A stretch of DNA of 64,000 bases from Podarcis tiliguerta (Eukaryota): the NCBI GenBank assembly GCA_965153285.1, contig OZ229112.1; one strand, given 5' to 3'. The translations under genes were made by a program, and so were the position numbers. Shown here piece by piece: positions 30,601 through 46,400 of this stretch. Below the pieces are notes generated by a model that did not search any database, was not told where the DNA came from, and saw only the letters and a list, made by a program, of their open reading frames with translations. Within the stretch, counting starts at the first letter, position 1, and each line of letters begins with the position of its first letter.

Positions 30601-33600
30601 GGTTTACTGTGAATGTGTAGTGTGCACTTGCATACTACTGAAGTTGCAGTCTTTCTGCTTCCTGCTGGGAAACAAACTATGGCCTGGCTTGTCACCTTGT
30701 CCAAACCCAGGCTGATGGTTTGTTCACCCCAACCAACCAGGAGTAGTAAAACGTAAGGACAAAATTTGTTTGGAGAGACACAAATCATGAGCCTACGCAG
30801 ACAACCTATTATGGATGTGTTTTCAATAGAGAACAGTTCTGTCTAAAGTGCATCTTCCCCGTAACTATACAACCTGCTAGTATAATTTGAGAGGCACCGC
30901 ACCCCATATTAACTTGCCAGTTCTTTATCATCATTTGCCAAGACCCTTTGACATGCACCTCCTCAATTAGACATAAGATCATCAAGGGACAGTCTTGGCA
31001 TTCTTTGCAGTGATGCCCTGGTTGTGGAATGCTCTCCCTTAAGAATTTTGCCTGGCACCCACACTGCTATGATTTACTGATTTAACCAATAATATTGTAG
31101 TCACTTAAAAGTTTTATCTGCTATCTTGTTTTTGCACTTTAAAAAATATTTTATGCTGTACACCAGGGGTAGGCAGAAGGCAGACCCTGAATTTTCTGGT
31201 AGATCTCTGGGTGATCTGCAATAGATCAGCAAAGATTTTTGACTCCAACCTGTTTAGCAATAACACAACAAAATAACCCACTGGGGGCGGGAACTTGGTA
31301 ACTAGGAATAGATTTTTGTATGGAAAGATTGTGAGCTCAGCCTCACTTCTAATACTCAAATCCCTGTCCTCAACAGCTGCTTAGAGGCAATGTGTTCTTC
31401 AATTCTAAACTCATGTCTTTTACACCTTGTTCCGGTCGGTGGATCTCAGGGTTCCAGTAACACACAAAGTAGATCCTGCAAGCCTCAAGTCTGCCCTCCC
31501 CTGCTGTACAACACCCTGAAATCTGATATGATGAAGTGTGACATAAATATGTTTCGAAGAAAATATTCAATCTGGTACAAGCAGCTGGGAAAACTACAAA
31601 TTTTAACAGAATATTAAGTGTACTAACAAGTTTTTATACAATGGCTACAGAAAAAAGGGAGAGCTAGGAAGAAGGACCACTTAATCAGCTCTTCTATTTG
31701 AGTTCTATTTTTCTCCTCTCCCTAATTGTTTCCATTCAAGCTGGTTTGATTGTTATAAAATAGTTGTTGTAAATTAAAGACCTGAGTTTGCTTATTTTCC
31801 CCTTCCTCTGTCATCACATTTTCCTTTTGTGTTATGTCTTTTAGACTGTAAGCCTACATGTAGGACCTGTCTTTGTTACTGAGTTTATGTGAGCTGCATT
31901 CTTTACAGCCAAAAAGTGGGGACAAAAATGCTTTAAACAAACAAATAAATAGCTTGCTTACCTATCTCTTAAAAGAGCTTTGCAAAGTATTTTAAGTTTA
32001 AGATCATTTATGTCCACTTCCTCATCCTTCATTGAAAGGAAAAAAAGAAAGAAGAAATATTAAATTGCATTGGAGATTTTAGAGAAACACACATTATGCA
32101 TTGTGATTATATCCAAATTCAATAGTTCACAAGCTAAAAACATGACCAGAAGTAAGAAAGAGGGACAATTTTCAAGGGTATGGGCCAGAAAATAGCTTTT
32201 TGAAGTATGTCTGAAAATGGATTATGACTTGATGGGGAAAGGAGGGGAATCTACATAAAAAAAGACTTCATTTATGCCTTTTATTTATTAAAATATGCCT
32301 TTTATTCCAGCATAGCCAAGCATATAGAGACTTTGCACAAGAGTCTCTTAAGAACAAGAATAAAAAATGTTTTTCCTCTTGGCCACAGACAGAAATACCA
32401 GACTGGGAAAACTGTAGCAGGATGAAGAGGGCAAGCAAGAAGATGCAAAGCCATGTGCTTTCTAAACAAGAACAGATCAGAAAGAACAACGGGACCTTCA
32501 GAGAGGTTCTCAGTTTTGCATGACCCACAATGTCCATACAGATATGTAATCATACATGTAAGCTCCTTTAAGGTGATCAGTATATTATTGTGCTTAGGGA
32601 AATGAGCAGACCTGGTCTGATGCCACAGAATGTGACCCAGAGCACTTAACAGTTTGCAGTTCAGTTTTTGTGAGAGGGAAAGTGTCAATTTGCCTGGGAT
32701 CAAGTGATACAGAATGGGTTAGATATATTTGAATAGAAATATTAAGAAAATAAAACCTAACACAGGGGCAGGCGGAGAACTGAGAAGAGGTCCTGGGACA
32801 TGGCTATATCATGAATCTAGATCCCGACAAGGATACCAGTTGGGGTAGCGACATCAATAACTAAAAACAAGGCAGGTGGGAAATGATCAATTTCCCATAC
32901 AGATATGAACTGCTATTTGACTGTAAAGGTAAAGGTAGAGGGCCCAGTCGTGGCCGACTCTGGGGTTGTGGCGCTCATCTCGCTTTATTGGCGAAGGGAC
33001 CCGGCGTACAGCTTCCGGGTCATGTGGCCAGCATGACTAAGCTGCTTCTGGCGAACCAGAACAGCGCATGGAAACACTGTTTAACTTCCCGCCGGAGCGG
33101 TACCTATTTATCTACTTGCACTTTGATGTGCTTTTGAACTGCTAGGTTGGCAGGAGCAGGGACCGAGCAACAGGAGCTCACCCCGTTGTGGGGATTCGAA
33201 CCTCCGACCTTCTGATCGGCAAGTCCTAGGCTCTGTGGTTTAAGCCACAGCGCCACCCGCGTCCCGATATTTGACTGATGGCATCACTAAAACTGAGTCA
33301 TAGTCTTCAGTTTCAGTTTTTATGTTTTCACAGGTTTAGCCCTCCATTATTGTTTTAAAAGATGGCCAATAAGTCACGCAGTTGGTATTAGATGGGACTT
33401 GAGTATTTTGGTAGCTGAGAAATAAGAGGTTATGTTTATTTTTTTACAGATGGGGGAGGGGACTTCAGTTAGACTGAAAAACATCCTGGTTCAGAGATCA
33501 CCAAAACTCACTCATTTTCATACCTCATCAATATACTCCAGCAGATCGAGTGCCTTCTTGAAGTCATATTCATTAGCCCTTCTGTTCTCAGGGGATATGT

Positions 33601-36600
33601 ACAACTATTGTATGAAAGATGGAAGGACAACATTATTTTTAGACTCCAAAACAGTGTAACTGATCTTGTTAAGAACTCCTTGTGGGAAGACCACCCTGGA
33701 TTCTAACTCATGTGACTGTTGACTGAAATATGCCTTCATTCAGCTGTAGGCATTTTTATAGTAAGGAAGAGAGTCGGGGTTTTAGAAAGGCATTCCACCA
33801 ATATTACAATGGAAAGATTACACTGCCTATAAGGTTGCTATATGATAGGCTCAAATTTACAAACCATTTAAGGCTTCGGCATTCCTAGCCTATTGTGGTA
33901 GGAACATAGTTCCACAAATAAGTACTCTGTTATAGAACAGCTCAGTGGCAAAGCATCTGTCTGGGCTGCAGGAGGCTCAAGGTCCAGTCCCAGCATTTCC
34001 AGGCAGGGCTGGGAAAGACCTCTGTCTGAAAGCAACACTGAGCTAGATGGACCGAGGGTCTAATTCAGGAAAAGACAGCTTCCTATGTGCAAAAAATAAA
34101 AATAAAAAAATCATCTGCAATATTCTGGAAATACCTGCAAAGAAGACATGCATATTTATTTTAATAGAGTAAACCCTCAACTGACATGGGGATTACGTTG
34201 TGGGGATCACACCTAAAGCCAAAATTGCTTATAATCACAAAACATTGGGTGCAATGGTGGGTGGGATTGCCAAAGACTCCCCCCCCCCCCAGACCTGTCC
34301 CCTTTCTATTTATTATTTGCCAAGAACATAAATAACATAAACATTTAGCTTGGATGTACACAAGCTAAATGTCTGTAAGTTGTGGGACTGTTTGAATTAA
34401 GATCCAGAAGTATGGTTGCAGTCACACAAGTTAAGCTTTGGTTCAGCACAATGAGCAGCTTTGTTCAGATTATAGCTGTTTCTTTTTTAAAAAAAAATTT
34501 CCTAAACTTGAATGACACCAGGGTCAGAAAGGAAAGGCCTTGCTGATAGAAGAAATTAAAAGCAGGGTCTGGCAGTGTTCCAGGCTGGAAGATTATTAGG
34601 GGGCATCAGAGCTGCCTGGCTTTAGCACAGCTGTTAAAGAAACTCCTCCCCCCTTTCTGCTTACAGAGACTTCTTCTGTAATACCATTGTAATGCCTAAA
34701 CACCAAAACATTTGGACTCCTGTTTGCCTCCCAGGATGGACTTCGAAGAATGCAGAGGCAGAAAAGGAAAAAAGCCCTTATATATGTAATGCTTTTACTA
34801 GGGGTTTTCATTCATAAAAACATGCACACAATTTGCCACACCTGTCTATCCTTCTGGTTTCTTTCATTCAAAGGACTAAAAAGTGTATTTACCAAGAAAC
34901 TGTTTATAAGCTTGGCTCAATGGCGTCCCAATCTCCGACTATCATCAAGAAAGTGTAAGTGGATTTGATGAACATTCCTAGTCACAGATCTTGTCACAAA
35001 GCAAGCACAGATTAGTGCTCTAATAACCCATGAACTGTGTGTATAATCAAAACCCACTGCATAAGGCATCTGGATATAGTGGCAGAGGACAATGTCTATG
35101 TAAGGGTATAGCCAACTCATCTGAAACAGGATACGTTCCTGGTATTTGAGGCACAAAATAATTTAACGCAAACACCACCATTCATCCAAGGAGCTGAGAG
35201 CATTATACATGGTTTGCTCCCCATTTCATCACAGCAAACCTATGAGGTATGTTGGCCCTGAAGATTAACTCTTTTGACTCAAACTGCACAGCAGACTCCC
35301 TGCCAAAATTTCCTGAATTTATTTTGATTGTGTTGGCAAGGTCACTAAGATTTGTAATAGAAAGCAGTCAGGACAGACTCAGGGCAGCTTCACTGGGTTG
35401 TATCCAAGTGACTCTGTGGCAGCAGAAAGCACTTCTACTCAAGCAAGGCAGGGCACTCGGTATCTATCACACAAATTTTCTAGCCATCCCTCCTTCCCTG
35501 GGGTGTGGAAGTTCCAGCACATGGGCCAATCTGGGCCTGCCAGGGGGTCCAATTTGAGCCAAGAGCCCATTTTCTCCAAACCATGCCCATCAACTGCCAT
35601 CACTGGTGATGTCAGGTGATAGACAGGACCTTCTTGGACAGCCCACCTCCACTGATTCCTTCAATCTCTAAAAAAAGCTCAGCCTTGAGCAGGCAGTGAA
35701 AGCTCCAGACAAGTTTTTTTCCTTCACTGCTGCACAATGGAGCAGTCCCTGCCACAGCTGATGTCTGCTTTATGGAGACATCGGCTCTGAAAGACTGCTC
35801 CATCACACAGCGATGAAGAAAGACTGCTGCAAAGAGCACTGTAAGCACAAGTGATTTTGACCGGTGAGCGTGGCAATTCACCCGTCAATTGTGATGCCAC
35901 AGTGATGCCATGGGGCTACCGAGTTGTCTGCTGGGGTCAGGGGATCAAGGCATGACCCATTTTCATCCAGTCATTTTACCCAATATTATTCAGGAACACA
36001 AAACCACATTAGAGAAGAGTCTTTCAACAGAGTAGCTCAGAAATTCAATACCGGTAGGACACTTAACAGTACATACCTCAATCAGCTGTGGAGCACTTAA
36101 CACTGGCATTTCATTGAGATTAAATTTTTTCTCATCCAGCAGCTGCTCAGGTAAAGTCTCTTGGTGTAGCAGAAAACGCTCTTGTTCAGTAATTTCTTGT
36201 ATACATGAAATAAAAAGCATAGCACAAATGACTATAATTCCCGAGTACAAAGAAAGTATTATTTACCTAATTATGAATATTCCATCACGCTCAAGGTTTT
36301 TAGTGAGCCTGAAGACCAGTAACTCTACCTCCACCTGTAACCTGCCAGTATGTTTAGTAGCCAGACAGACCACTTGCTACAAATTCCCTTCGTTTCTTGG
36401 CAATCAACTGGATGGCTGGTTGGAGGGAGGATTTTGACAAGAAGCTTTTATTTTCTGACCTCTAGCATAGAACACAAAGGCCACCACCACCACCCCTAAA
36501 AGTGGTGGGAAGTCTACCTACAAGATCCCAAGGGAGGCAATTCTGTCCATGTATTCAGAAAGACTTGTAAATGACAGCCCTTGCCATGTGCTACCTCCCA

Positions 36601-37403
36601 AGTTATTGATAATCATGTTGAAAGCAGGCAGCAAAAATGACACGTTTTCATGATAGCGGACCTGCTTCCCCCCCACATTTCTGCACCAAAGTTCTATGGA
36701 AAATTCCTTAATATCCTAGTGATCATTCTCAATGTTGTTTAAAAAGCAAATATACACATTATAGTTACATTACAAGGTGGTGTCATCTACTAGCTAAGAA
36801 TCATCACCCACTGAATTAACCCCTTACTTCAAGTGCTGCACACCTTACTAGAGCAACATCAGAAAGATGGAAAACTTTTACATTCCAACCACAACAGTAA
36901 TTGTTCATAGATACCTGTATTAATTTGTTGCGTGTGGCAGCCAAGAATTTCAGTGGGGAACTGACAAACTGCTTTGGAAACTAAAGCTCTGTCATTGGTG
37001 TCTCAACCACCATACTGTTGGGATCACAACTGACCTTGTAGATCTAATAAATTAAGGGGTGTTGTTGTTGTTTAGTCGTTCAGTCGTGTCCGACTCTTCG
37101 TGACCCCATGGACCAGAGCACGCCAGGCACTCCTGTCTTCAAAAATTAAGGGGTATCTCCATATAAAGAAAACTTACTTTAAACTTTACAATGGAAAAAA
37201 TAGTACCTTCAATTTTCTCATTCTGCATCACTTCTGATACATCAGAAGCCAGTAGAGACAGTTTACACAGGCCAAGAAGAGTTTTCTTCTTTGCAAAGTA
37301 CCGAGTTTCTGTATTTGCTAAATTCTGCAGTGTTCGGTTAGCCTAACATTGACAAAAAATACTTTTAATATTTCAAGTGACATAAAGCTCAACATGTAAG
37401 TTT

Positions 37404-37444
<41 letters not shown>

Positions 37445-40400
37445 ACAGGGACATTAGTAATTTGCATGGTGATTATATATTGTTATTATTTCATAAACAT
37501 GTTCAAATTCTGATATGGCCAAGGAGAATTTTCTTCTACAGTGAACAATTTTATATAACTCTGAGAATAACAACATGCAAAAGGCAAGATAGGGAAGATG
37601 TTAAACAGCTGCACTACAGGACACACGTTAAAAGTCACTGAAAATAGAAATGGTATCAAAGCAAGTCTATTATGAAGAAATGGTATTTTAGGAATACATT
37701 GATTTCAGGTAAATATTTCTATTATGTTTCTTCAAACAAAGCTCTAAAGAGAATTCACACCCCAGTATTGTGAATGGTGGTGACCATTTTAGGCACATCC
37801 AATTGACATGCAATCACCAATGTGTGAGTCCTTTTGGACCAGGAAGAAGGCAGAATGGGGGTGTAATGGGGCAGGTTGATGCTCATTCCACTGGCTCTCA
37901 TGGGGGCCAGGAGTAGAAACCCTGTACGAAATGGTCGCCTCCTGAAATTATAATGCTAAGAAAGAAGAGAAACTCACTAAAATAGTGACTGGATCTACCA
38001 GAATAAGAAAAAGGAAAAGAGGAAAGATATTACAAAAACAGTTGCTTGCTAAAATATATGATTTTATAACTTGTCCAGTATTTAGGCTGGGAAGCTTTTT
38101 TTTAAAAAAAGTTAAGTTATATTTTGCACTTTTTAACAAATAAAACAAAACAAAGACATTCATTTGTCTAACTTGGACCCAACAGCTTAATATTTACAAA
38201 GCTATCAGAATAACCTCAGTGAAGAAAGAAAACTACAGAATGCTAGGTCAATTAAGTTCTAGAAATATTTGATGAGATTACAAATTACCTCTGTGTCAAG
38301 ATTTCAAAGAACAGAATTGCCTCCTATGCATATTATTTTTACTTTACATGGGGTAAGAGCCAGAGATACACAGGAAGAGAATAAAACTCTGATAACAGTG
38401 TTGTTCTACAAACTGTTGTGGAAAAACTATTGGAAAACTCAGCACAACACAGCAGAAGGCAAAAGGATATGCAATGCATTGTGCTAGCACACATTGTGGG
38501 AAGCGGTGCAGGTCTTCGTAAGAGATGCTGAACAAAGCTATGCACTATCAGAGGCACACTGCTGGTTTTCAGTTTTCTTTTGTTGTGCATGTAACTTGCG
38601 CCAAGTCAGGAAAAGCTGTTCTGCTTGCAGAATCCCACTAAAATGGTCGGTGCAAATACACAGAGGTCTCCACTTGTTCCTTAGATTAACAAAGTGGGGT
38701 ACCTGTGTACAGTCAGTCACATTCTCTAGCTCTGCAAGGGGTCTCTACCGAAGACAGAGCAACTACCCATTACAAATACTTTGCTTTTTTTATGAAGCCT
38801 TACCTTTTCAAAATCATTGCTGTTGATGTCGTGTAGCCAGCTGAGTTGCTCATGAGCTTGTAAGAAGCTGGCCAACTGGCCATGCTGAGCAATGGGCTGT
38901 GATAACAGCTTTCCCCGTTTTCCTTTTTCCAAATACCAACGGAAGAGGAAATCTGAAAAATTCTAAAAGTAGCAAGAATGTGGTCAAGCTTGCAAGACTG
39001 CAACTTGTGTTAAAAATAATAATCTAAAAATGTAAACATTTTTACCAAATGGGACAAGTTTTAACATTCCAGCATAGGAAAGGTTTATAAAAGTTCTATC
39101 ACTTGTTTCGCACATCAGTGAAGAAATAGCTGTTTACAATGGGGTCCCCTTCACCATTCCATATACAGTGGTGCCTCGCAAGACGAAAAGAATCCGTTCC
39201 GCGAGTCTCTTCGTCTAGCGGTTTTTCGTCTTGCGAAGCAAGCCCATTAGTGGATTAGCGCTATTAGCAGTTTAAGGGCTATTAACGGCTATTAAAGGCT
39301 TAAGGGATTAGCGGATTAGCTGCTAAAAGGCTATTAGCAGCTTAGCGCTTTAGAAAAAGGGGTTGGGGAGCGAAAAAAACCCTCAAAAATCGCAAGACAT
39401 TTTCGTCTTGCGAAGCAAGCCCATAGAGAAATTCGTCCTGCGAAGCACCTCTGAAAACGGAAAACCCTTTCGTCTTGCGGGTTTTCCGTCTTGCAAGGCA
39501 TTCGTCTTGCGGGGCACCACTGTACCAAAGTTGAGCAGATTGACAGATGAAACTCACTGCAACACATGTCATGGAGCACCCAGAGTTCTGTTCTCCAACA
39601 ACTCAATTCTCCCCTAGCATCTGTTACATGATGCAGCCACCTAATGGCTAAGCTTGGTTATTTTCTCTGTAACTTATGAGGCTCTTGGATAGTCACTATC
39701 TGTATGTGTAATAAGATAGCTGCTTAACAGAAAAAGAAATCTGTACTGACATAATTCTGAAAAATAAGCCGACAGCAAGTCTGAGGTTTCTCCTACAATA
39801 TACATTTACTTAACAGCCTGTTGTTTGGAGTAAATAAAGAACATTACCTGATCAGCAAACTGTGTCATGTAACGTTGCAATCTGGTCTGGTTATCAGTCT
39901 GCTCACACAACTGTACCAATATGTCAAAGTCACAGTACTTTTCTGCTAGAGCGGCAGCCAGCTGGTACTGTCCAAGAGAAACTGAACAAAAACAAACAAG
40001 GAAAAACGCCCACAATAAAAACATGCCCATTTTGTGAAGACTTTTTTTTTTTTTTAAAAAAAAAGATCAATGAGTGTGGCTTTCAAGGGCATTTTGCCTC
40101 TAGATAATTATTTTCAAAAACTATAAAGAAGTTAGAGCAATTTGCAAGGGGTATACTCCACATGCCATTAGAAAGATCATAGGCTCTATATTATTAAGTT
40201 GAAAGACTATGCTACATCAATGAGTCAGTGGGGGGACAATTTGATTCAACCAATAGGATTTGGTTCCCGTGAGTGAAGGTGGGTACTGCATTCTCCCCAG
40301 CAACAAATAATGGAGTAGTAGGACAATACAATTTTTCTCCTACAGAAGAGCTGTGAACCACCAGGGACCACCGTGTTGCCCGCTGTGTTTCCCACCTGCA

Positions 40401-43400
40401 TGGATGCAGGATCAAGTCCTCAGTAAGCAGAGCTTGCTGCTGGAGAATGGCTGGGAAGCAAGCCTGCAGTTAGAGAAAACACACCATTTCTCCTGCCTGC
40501 AGTGGAGCCTGATAAGACAGACAAGGAACAACCTGGGGAGACACAGCTGTTGGCAGGGGGGCTTCAAAGTTCCTTATAACTGAGGAGTAAGGGAAAAGTT
40601 AATGTTAGGGCAGAGGGGGCCTGACTGTAATTCCTATCAAGCCAAACTCTAGCATGGAGAAGGTGCCAGGGAGGAACTCCTAAGCAAAGGATTAGGTTCT
40701 GACAATAATACAAGCACACGTTCGTTCATTCGTTCGTTCATTAATAATTCCTTGCAAATTATCTTCCCCTTGAGAAAAAGCAACTCAACATTGCCTAGAA
40801 TCGAAAAACGAAGAACCAAACTGCACAATGTGAAATGTTGTTGAAATATTCTCATCCATTTTTGATTTGACATTACAAGTCTAAAAAGAAAACTCTGCTC
40901 TGAAAGCTAAAAATAGGCAAACATTATTGAAAAGAAGAAAAGAAACGAGAAGAGCAATTCCTTCTTCCCCTGCTTTCCTATACCCATGGCAGAGACTAAA
41001 AAGGCACCCTGTATAATAACCGCAGCACTTACGTAGTGGTGACAACAGTTCAGATCTTTTCTGCATGTATTCCATTTCCAGACTGTTATAGCGTTCTTGG
41101 TACTCTGGCCGGTCCACAGATTTAAGCTGAGAAACGTAACCATCCAGAAAGCAATCTAGAAGTGCCACCAGCTGTTCTGTCACTATGCTACGAAGCTTAC
41201 TATTAACCTGAGGATAGACCTTCTTCAGAATGATTTCATGTTGCTGTATTATAGTCGTTCGCACACCAACGGATGCTTGAGAAGACCGGAAAATGAAATA
41301 TGAAGGCATTATTATATTTGGCATATGGAATTTGAAAAATGACATATGATAGTATACCAAGGGGAAGTTAGACACAAGAGGCCGTTAAAAAGTAACCCTA
41401 TCTACTTTCCATAGCAAAGCAGCAACCCCCAGCCTAAGTCTTTTAGTGGAACAGCAGCACTGCACAGCAGAAAAAGAAAACCGTCCATATTAACAATCCT
41501 AGCAGAGCCAAGGCTATGGCTGAGAAGAAAAGACAACTGCTTGAGCTCAGTGTCAAGTATGCCCTCATGCCTACCTTTCCCCTCATGAAATAATCTGAAA
41601 ACTTTTGAAACAATAGGATAAAATCCTGTTCTTTACACCAAAACCTAATACACAGGCTTCTTTCCTTTACAGCTTTAAAACCATGGTTTCTAAAAGTCTC
41701 TCAGGGTCACTGCCTGCATTACAAAATTCTACATGGAAGGGATTTCCAAGCAAAATGTTACAGCCATCCGGTACATAGATTTACTTGAAGATACATGTGC
41801 ACATGCATTGGAAAGCATTTGTTATAACTTCCATGTAGGCTCTTAATTCTATGATGCGCAAAACAACTTAAAAGCACAAGGGAATGTATCAGATATTTCC
41901 CCTGCAAAGCCACCTGTACTGTGATGTTGCTTGCAATTTTTACGAAAGTGTAGATTTCAAGTTATTGCAGGCAGGAATGTAAGTCTATAATAAGCTTAGG
42001 GCTTGTTCACAGGAACAAGTGTTGTACCCAGTAGGAGAGAGACTGTGCCTCAGGTTAACTCAGCTCTCATCTGTCCTTTCCTGTCTGATCTCTCCAGGAA
42101 GAAAACAAGGTGCAAATTTAAATTGTGGCTGAGAAATCACATTTATTTCGAAATGCCATTAAAAAAAAATCACAATTTAATTCAAGTAAGTTTTGACATC
42201 AGTTTCCAGGGTAACCATCTTAAAAGTTAACAGCACTACTAGCCTCCTAATGTTATCTGCACCAGTAAATAAATGCTTATGTTTGAATGCACAGACAGCA
42301 GTAATGGCCTTACATAAGCCATAATGATGATAAGCAGGCAAGCATGTTAGCCCAGACCTTCAGGATGAGGATATAATAAACAGAAATATTTAAACACTAA
42401 AAATGTAACATTTATGTTCAAGAAAGCCAGTGAGGTATTTATGAAACATGGCACTATTGAGTTAGAAATTTAAGAGCAAGGGCAACAATTTGAAAGGCTA
42501 ATAAAGTACTCTTCAGTGGATTTTATGTAGAAAGAGAAATACTGTGTTACAAAACCATTTATATAAGATTTTCTCTATTCTCACCTGTCCATGGAACATA
42601 TTCTGGTTCCATTTCGGGAGGCTCTCTTATTTTATATAAGACAGCTTTGGACTGGCGGTCTTGGATAGCAGCTTGCAGCATATCCTAGAGAATATTGACA
42701 CAGAAAACATAGGACGTTACCAAACATAGGATTTTGGGGGAGTGTCATCTATATATTAGCACTCATCATTTTTTAGTATTATTACATTTTACATTTCTGT
42801 ATCCCGTATTATGATTCCAAGTCACACTGTATCTTCCCCTCCTTTATTCTGGGTAGTTTCCAACAGGTAGTGAGAATAACCAGTTATTTTACTGCTACTG
42901 AAATTTTCTGTTTTCATCTAATGGGAAGATATTTTGGGAAATCAACAATATTGTCATTCTTTTTCGTTTTACTGCAACATGTAATCTAAAACTGTCCAAC
43001 CTCCCACTTATTAAAACCCTAAATTAGTGTATGATCCCCTTTTCAAATTTCATTTATTGGAACTGGGAGGATTTAAGCTATGAAATCAAATGGGGCTTTA
43101 AAACATTTAGCTGGGTGCATTACGTCCAGTTTCCTAGGTCGGGGACTTTTTACTGTTACTTAATTTTTGAAATGTAATACCTTTATGATATTGTTTACAT
43201 TGACGACTATTTCAGACCATTCCTCAGATTGAACTGACATATCCCTCAAGACTTGCTTTTCCTTTTCCAGTAAGCATTCAAAAATAGTATCTATCTGTGA
43301 CACCTGAAAAACAGAAAAGACGACGGAACACTGACAGTTAACACTGCTGATCAGGTATAAAAGCAATGATTCAGCCTGATATTTTATGCACTGAGCAGTT

Positions 43401-46400
43401 TAAGTGTTTCACTTAGCACATTAAGAGCGCAATCGTACACCCAGCTGAAGGCTGGGGATATGATGATCTACTAGCTACCACAGCCACTAGAAGCACTAGC
43501 CTGGAGCTGGAAAAGCAAAACCTCTCCTCCTGCCATGTGTGAGCAGCAAGGCTTCAGGTGTGGTGGTAGAGCATCTGCTCTCAGCTGGGAGCTTAGATTG
43601 CTCTGCAAATCTCATAAATGGCTTATCTGCCATTTAATTTTCATTCTTAAAATGGACCCATAAGCATGGGAGATTTTCATCAGGCACTTTCCTAAAGGAA
43701 AACTATTCATGTTCCCACCCCCGTCCCAAAGTATGGATCTAAAAGAAGAAATCTAGAATGTTACATGGATTCTCATGCATTTTACTAGGAAATGCTATTC
43801 ACACAGAAAACGATAGATGTGGTTGTAGATAAATTATTTCTTTATATCACCTCTCTGAAGAAAACATCTGCAGGAGTTAGACTTGACGGAACGTCGTCTT
43901 CTCTTTTCATCAAAGCAGTCTCTATTGCAGCATTGACCACATCTGGCAATCTGTAGTGATGGTTCTTGAGAGCAATGGCTGCCGCTAACTTTTCTGCATG
44001 TTCACAGAGTAACCACCGAGTTGCCATTGGTATGCCTCGTACTGGGAAATTGCCCAGGCGACCAAACAGACCCACCTTGGATAGAGATAATCGTACATAA
44101 AAACACTCTTGTGCCACATCCTATATTGCCACATTTACACAAGAACATTAGGAACCTACCTGACGAAGAAAGTCAATGAATAGAGAATGGGCCTTTGTCT
44201 TATTTTCCAGCTGATGAAGAAGAATGATGGAAGAATTTGGAAAACTAGCTGCTTTGGTACAAAAAAAAGTGACAAGGAAAGGGGTTTAAAAGTTTGTATA
44301 ACTTACAGTCTTACTTTCTTAAGGCTGTACAGCCAGAATGTCCATTTTACACATGAGACTTCTCACCTTCAGGTACTGATTCAGCCCATCGTGGGTCAGA
44401 TGTAGGATAATCATCCACCAAATTCTCACTAATTTGAAAAACAGCTCTGTCTAGGTCTGCATCAGGGTATGCATCTCCATGCTGTGGAAAGAGCTCAGCA
44501 ACGATGATTTGTGCACCTTTCATGTTGTTACTGAAATGAAGGGGAAACACTTGGTGAGTCGACTCTTAGAATGGAACACTGGTCCTCACTGGGAATGTTG
44601 CTTTTAACTGCACATCTGAGGGTGTCCAAGTGGGTCATAATCCCTCCAACTGCTTGGAAGACAAGAAGCTTGTGATTGCATCCCTCCTGCCCATATTCAA
44701 GAAAGCCCCTTCTGCTTGCCCTTCAGTTCTGTTCTGTGGCTAGGCTACTGTACGACGACATCAGGAATCAGGAAGAAAATCCATAAAAGGACTGGGGCTG
44801 GGGAGGGGCAAAAGGAACATAGCCAAGGCTAGCTGTGTGTGCACTGAAACTGGATGCTCAAGACCAAAAAAACCTTCAGGTGATTGGTATGTGCATACGT
44901 GGCAGACAGCTAAGTGGGTGGCATTGGCACCTGCCAATGCTCAACTGGAAGCCACATTCATAATAAAGACCATGGTTCTGGGCTACCTTGGGCATGGGGT
45001 GTGAGTCAAGAGGAATGCATCAAAACTGCTGTCTTGTGGGTGCGATCAGGTGGCTGCATGGTGAAATGGGAGCATGTGCCGCAGCACTCATCTTCCCTAA
45101 AGCAGCTACTATTGATGCAAGCAGGTCTAAGTTGTACGAAACGGTGTACAAAAGTGCTTGCTGAGGACCATGCAGCCACTTCTGGTGGGAAACCTGCCCT
45201 CAGGAGAACGCTCTGTTCAGTTTTCAAACAGTCAGCTAGAGGCGGGTCAGGCCTGGCTGCAATAGGGGTCTCTGTGAGAGTAGGTCTGGCTTGAGTGGCA
45301 GGAACTACGGTGGATACTCTACCAGCTAGAGAATTTTGGAAAACCAAGGCTGGCTGCGCCAGCAGAGAGCCACTAGGACTACCTAAACCCTGTCCAACTG
45401 AATTTTATGAAGGACGTGTGACAGTAGGGGAGTTGGAGGGCATGTGTACAGGAGGCCTGGAGGCCATGATGCTATGAGGGCATTCACAGCTTTTGCCCTC
45501 TGTATCAGGAACCTTTTGACGTTCTCTTGGTCTGGTGGCTGGTCTCTAAGGCAAAGGGGTAATCTATCACGCTGTCAACTTTGCACAGGCTGAGGGTAGG
45601 TACATGCAATAGTGTTCTTCTATGAAAGTGCTTACTAGTGAGCTAACAGGGTCAGGAGATTCCTCTGCAAATGGTGCTGAGAAATCACAGAATCTAGGGT
45701 GGACTGACTTGTTTTTTTAAAAAACCAAACACTTCTGGGTTTCACTTAAAGGATGGCCCTCAAGAGCAAGAGAGGGTGCTAGAGACTCTTAAAACTGCTT
45801 ATTGGGAACTAGCTTTTTAGCTGTATCTGCCACAACAGCCTCTTCAATCTTGAGGACAAATTGGGTCCTCAATACAAAACAGGAAAAACTGCTGGGCAGA
45901 GCACTAGATGAGAGGTACCTAAGACCAATCAACTGGATCCACAGCAGCAGGTTGTAGATGCTGATGCTGTATTCAAAATATTGCCTCTTTCTTCAAGTTC
46001 TCTAAGTATTTCATGGTTATCTTCTGCCCTCTGGGGGACCACATCTGGTACTGCAGAACTACTGTGGGAGAATGATGTTGACATCAGATGGGGAACAGGC
46101 AGAAGCTGCCATAGGTGCTGTAAGGAGAGGAGCTGTGACTGTCTTTACTGGAGGGGTGCATGAAAGGAGATTAACCCCAGTCACAGCTTCACCTGGTAGT
46201 GCTCTATCTGCTTCCTGTGAACTTGTGCCGTGATGGAAGAGGAGGACAGTGGTGTAATTTGTCTTGTGGTTGAAGCAGGGGTGGGCAGTAATCATCTAAC
46301 CACCGTGATATGCTTAATGCTGGGAGGTGGTTTAAAAGGAGATTAGCACACTGAAGGAGGAACAAATGGATTCTGCTCCAAATGAAGGAAGATAAGAAAC

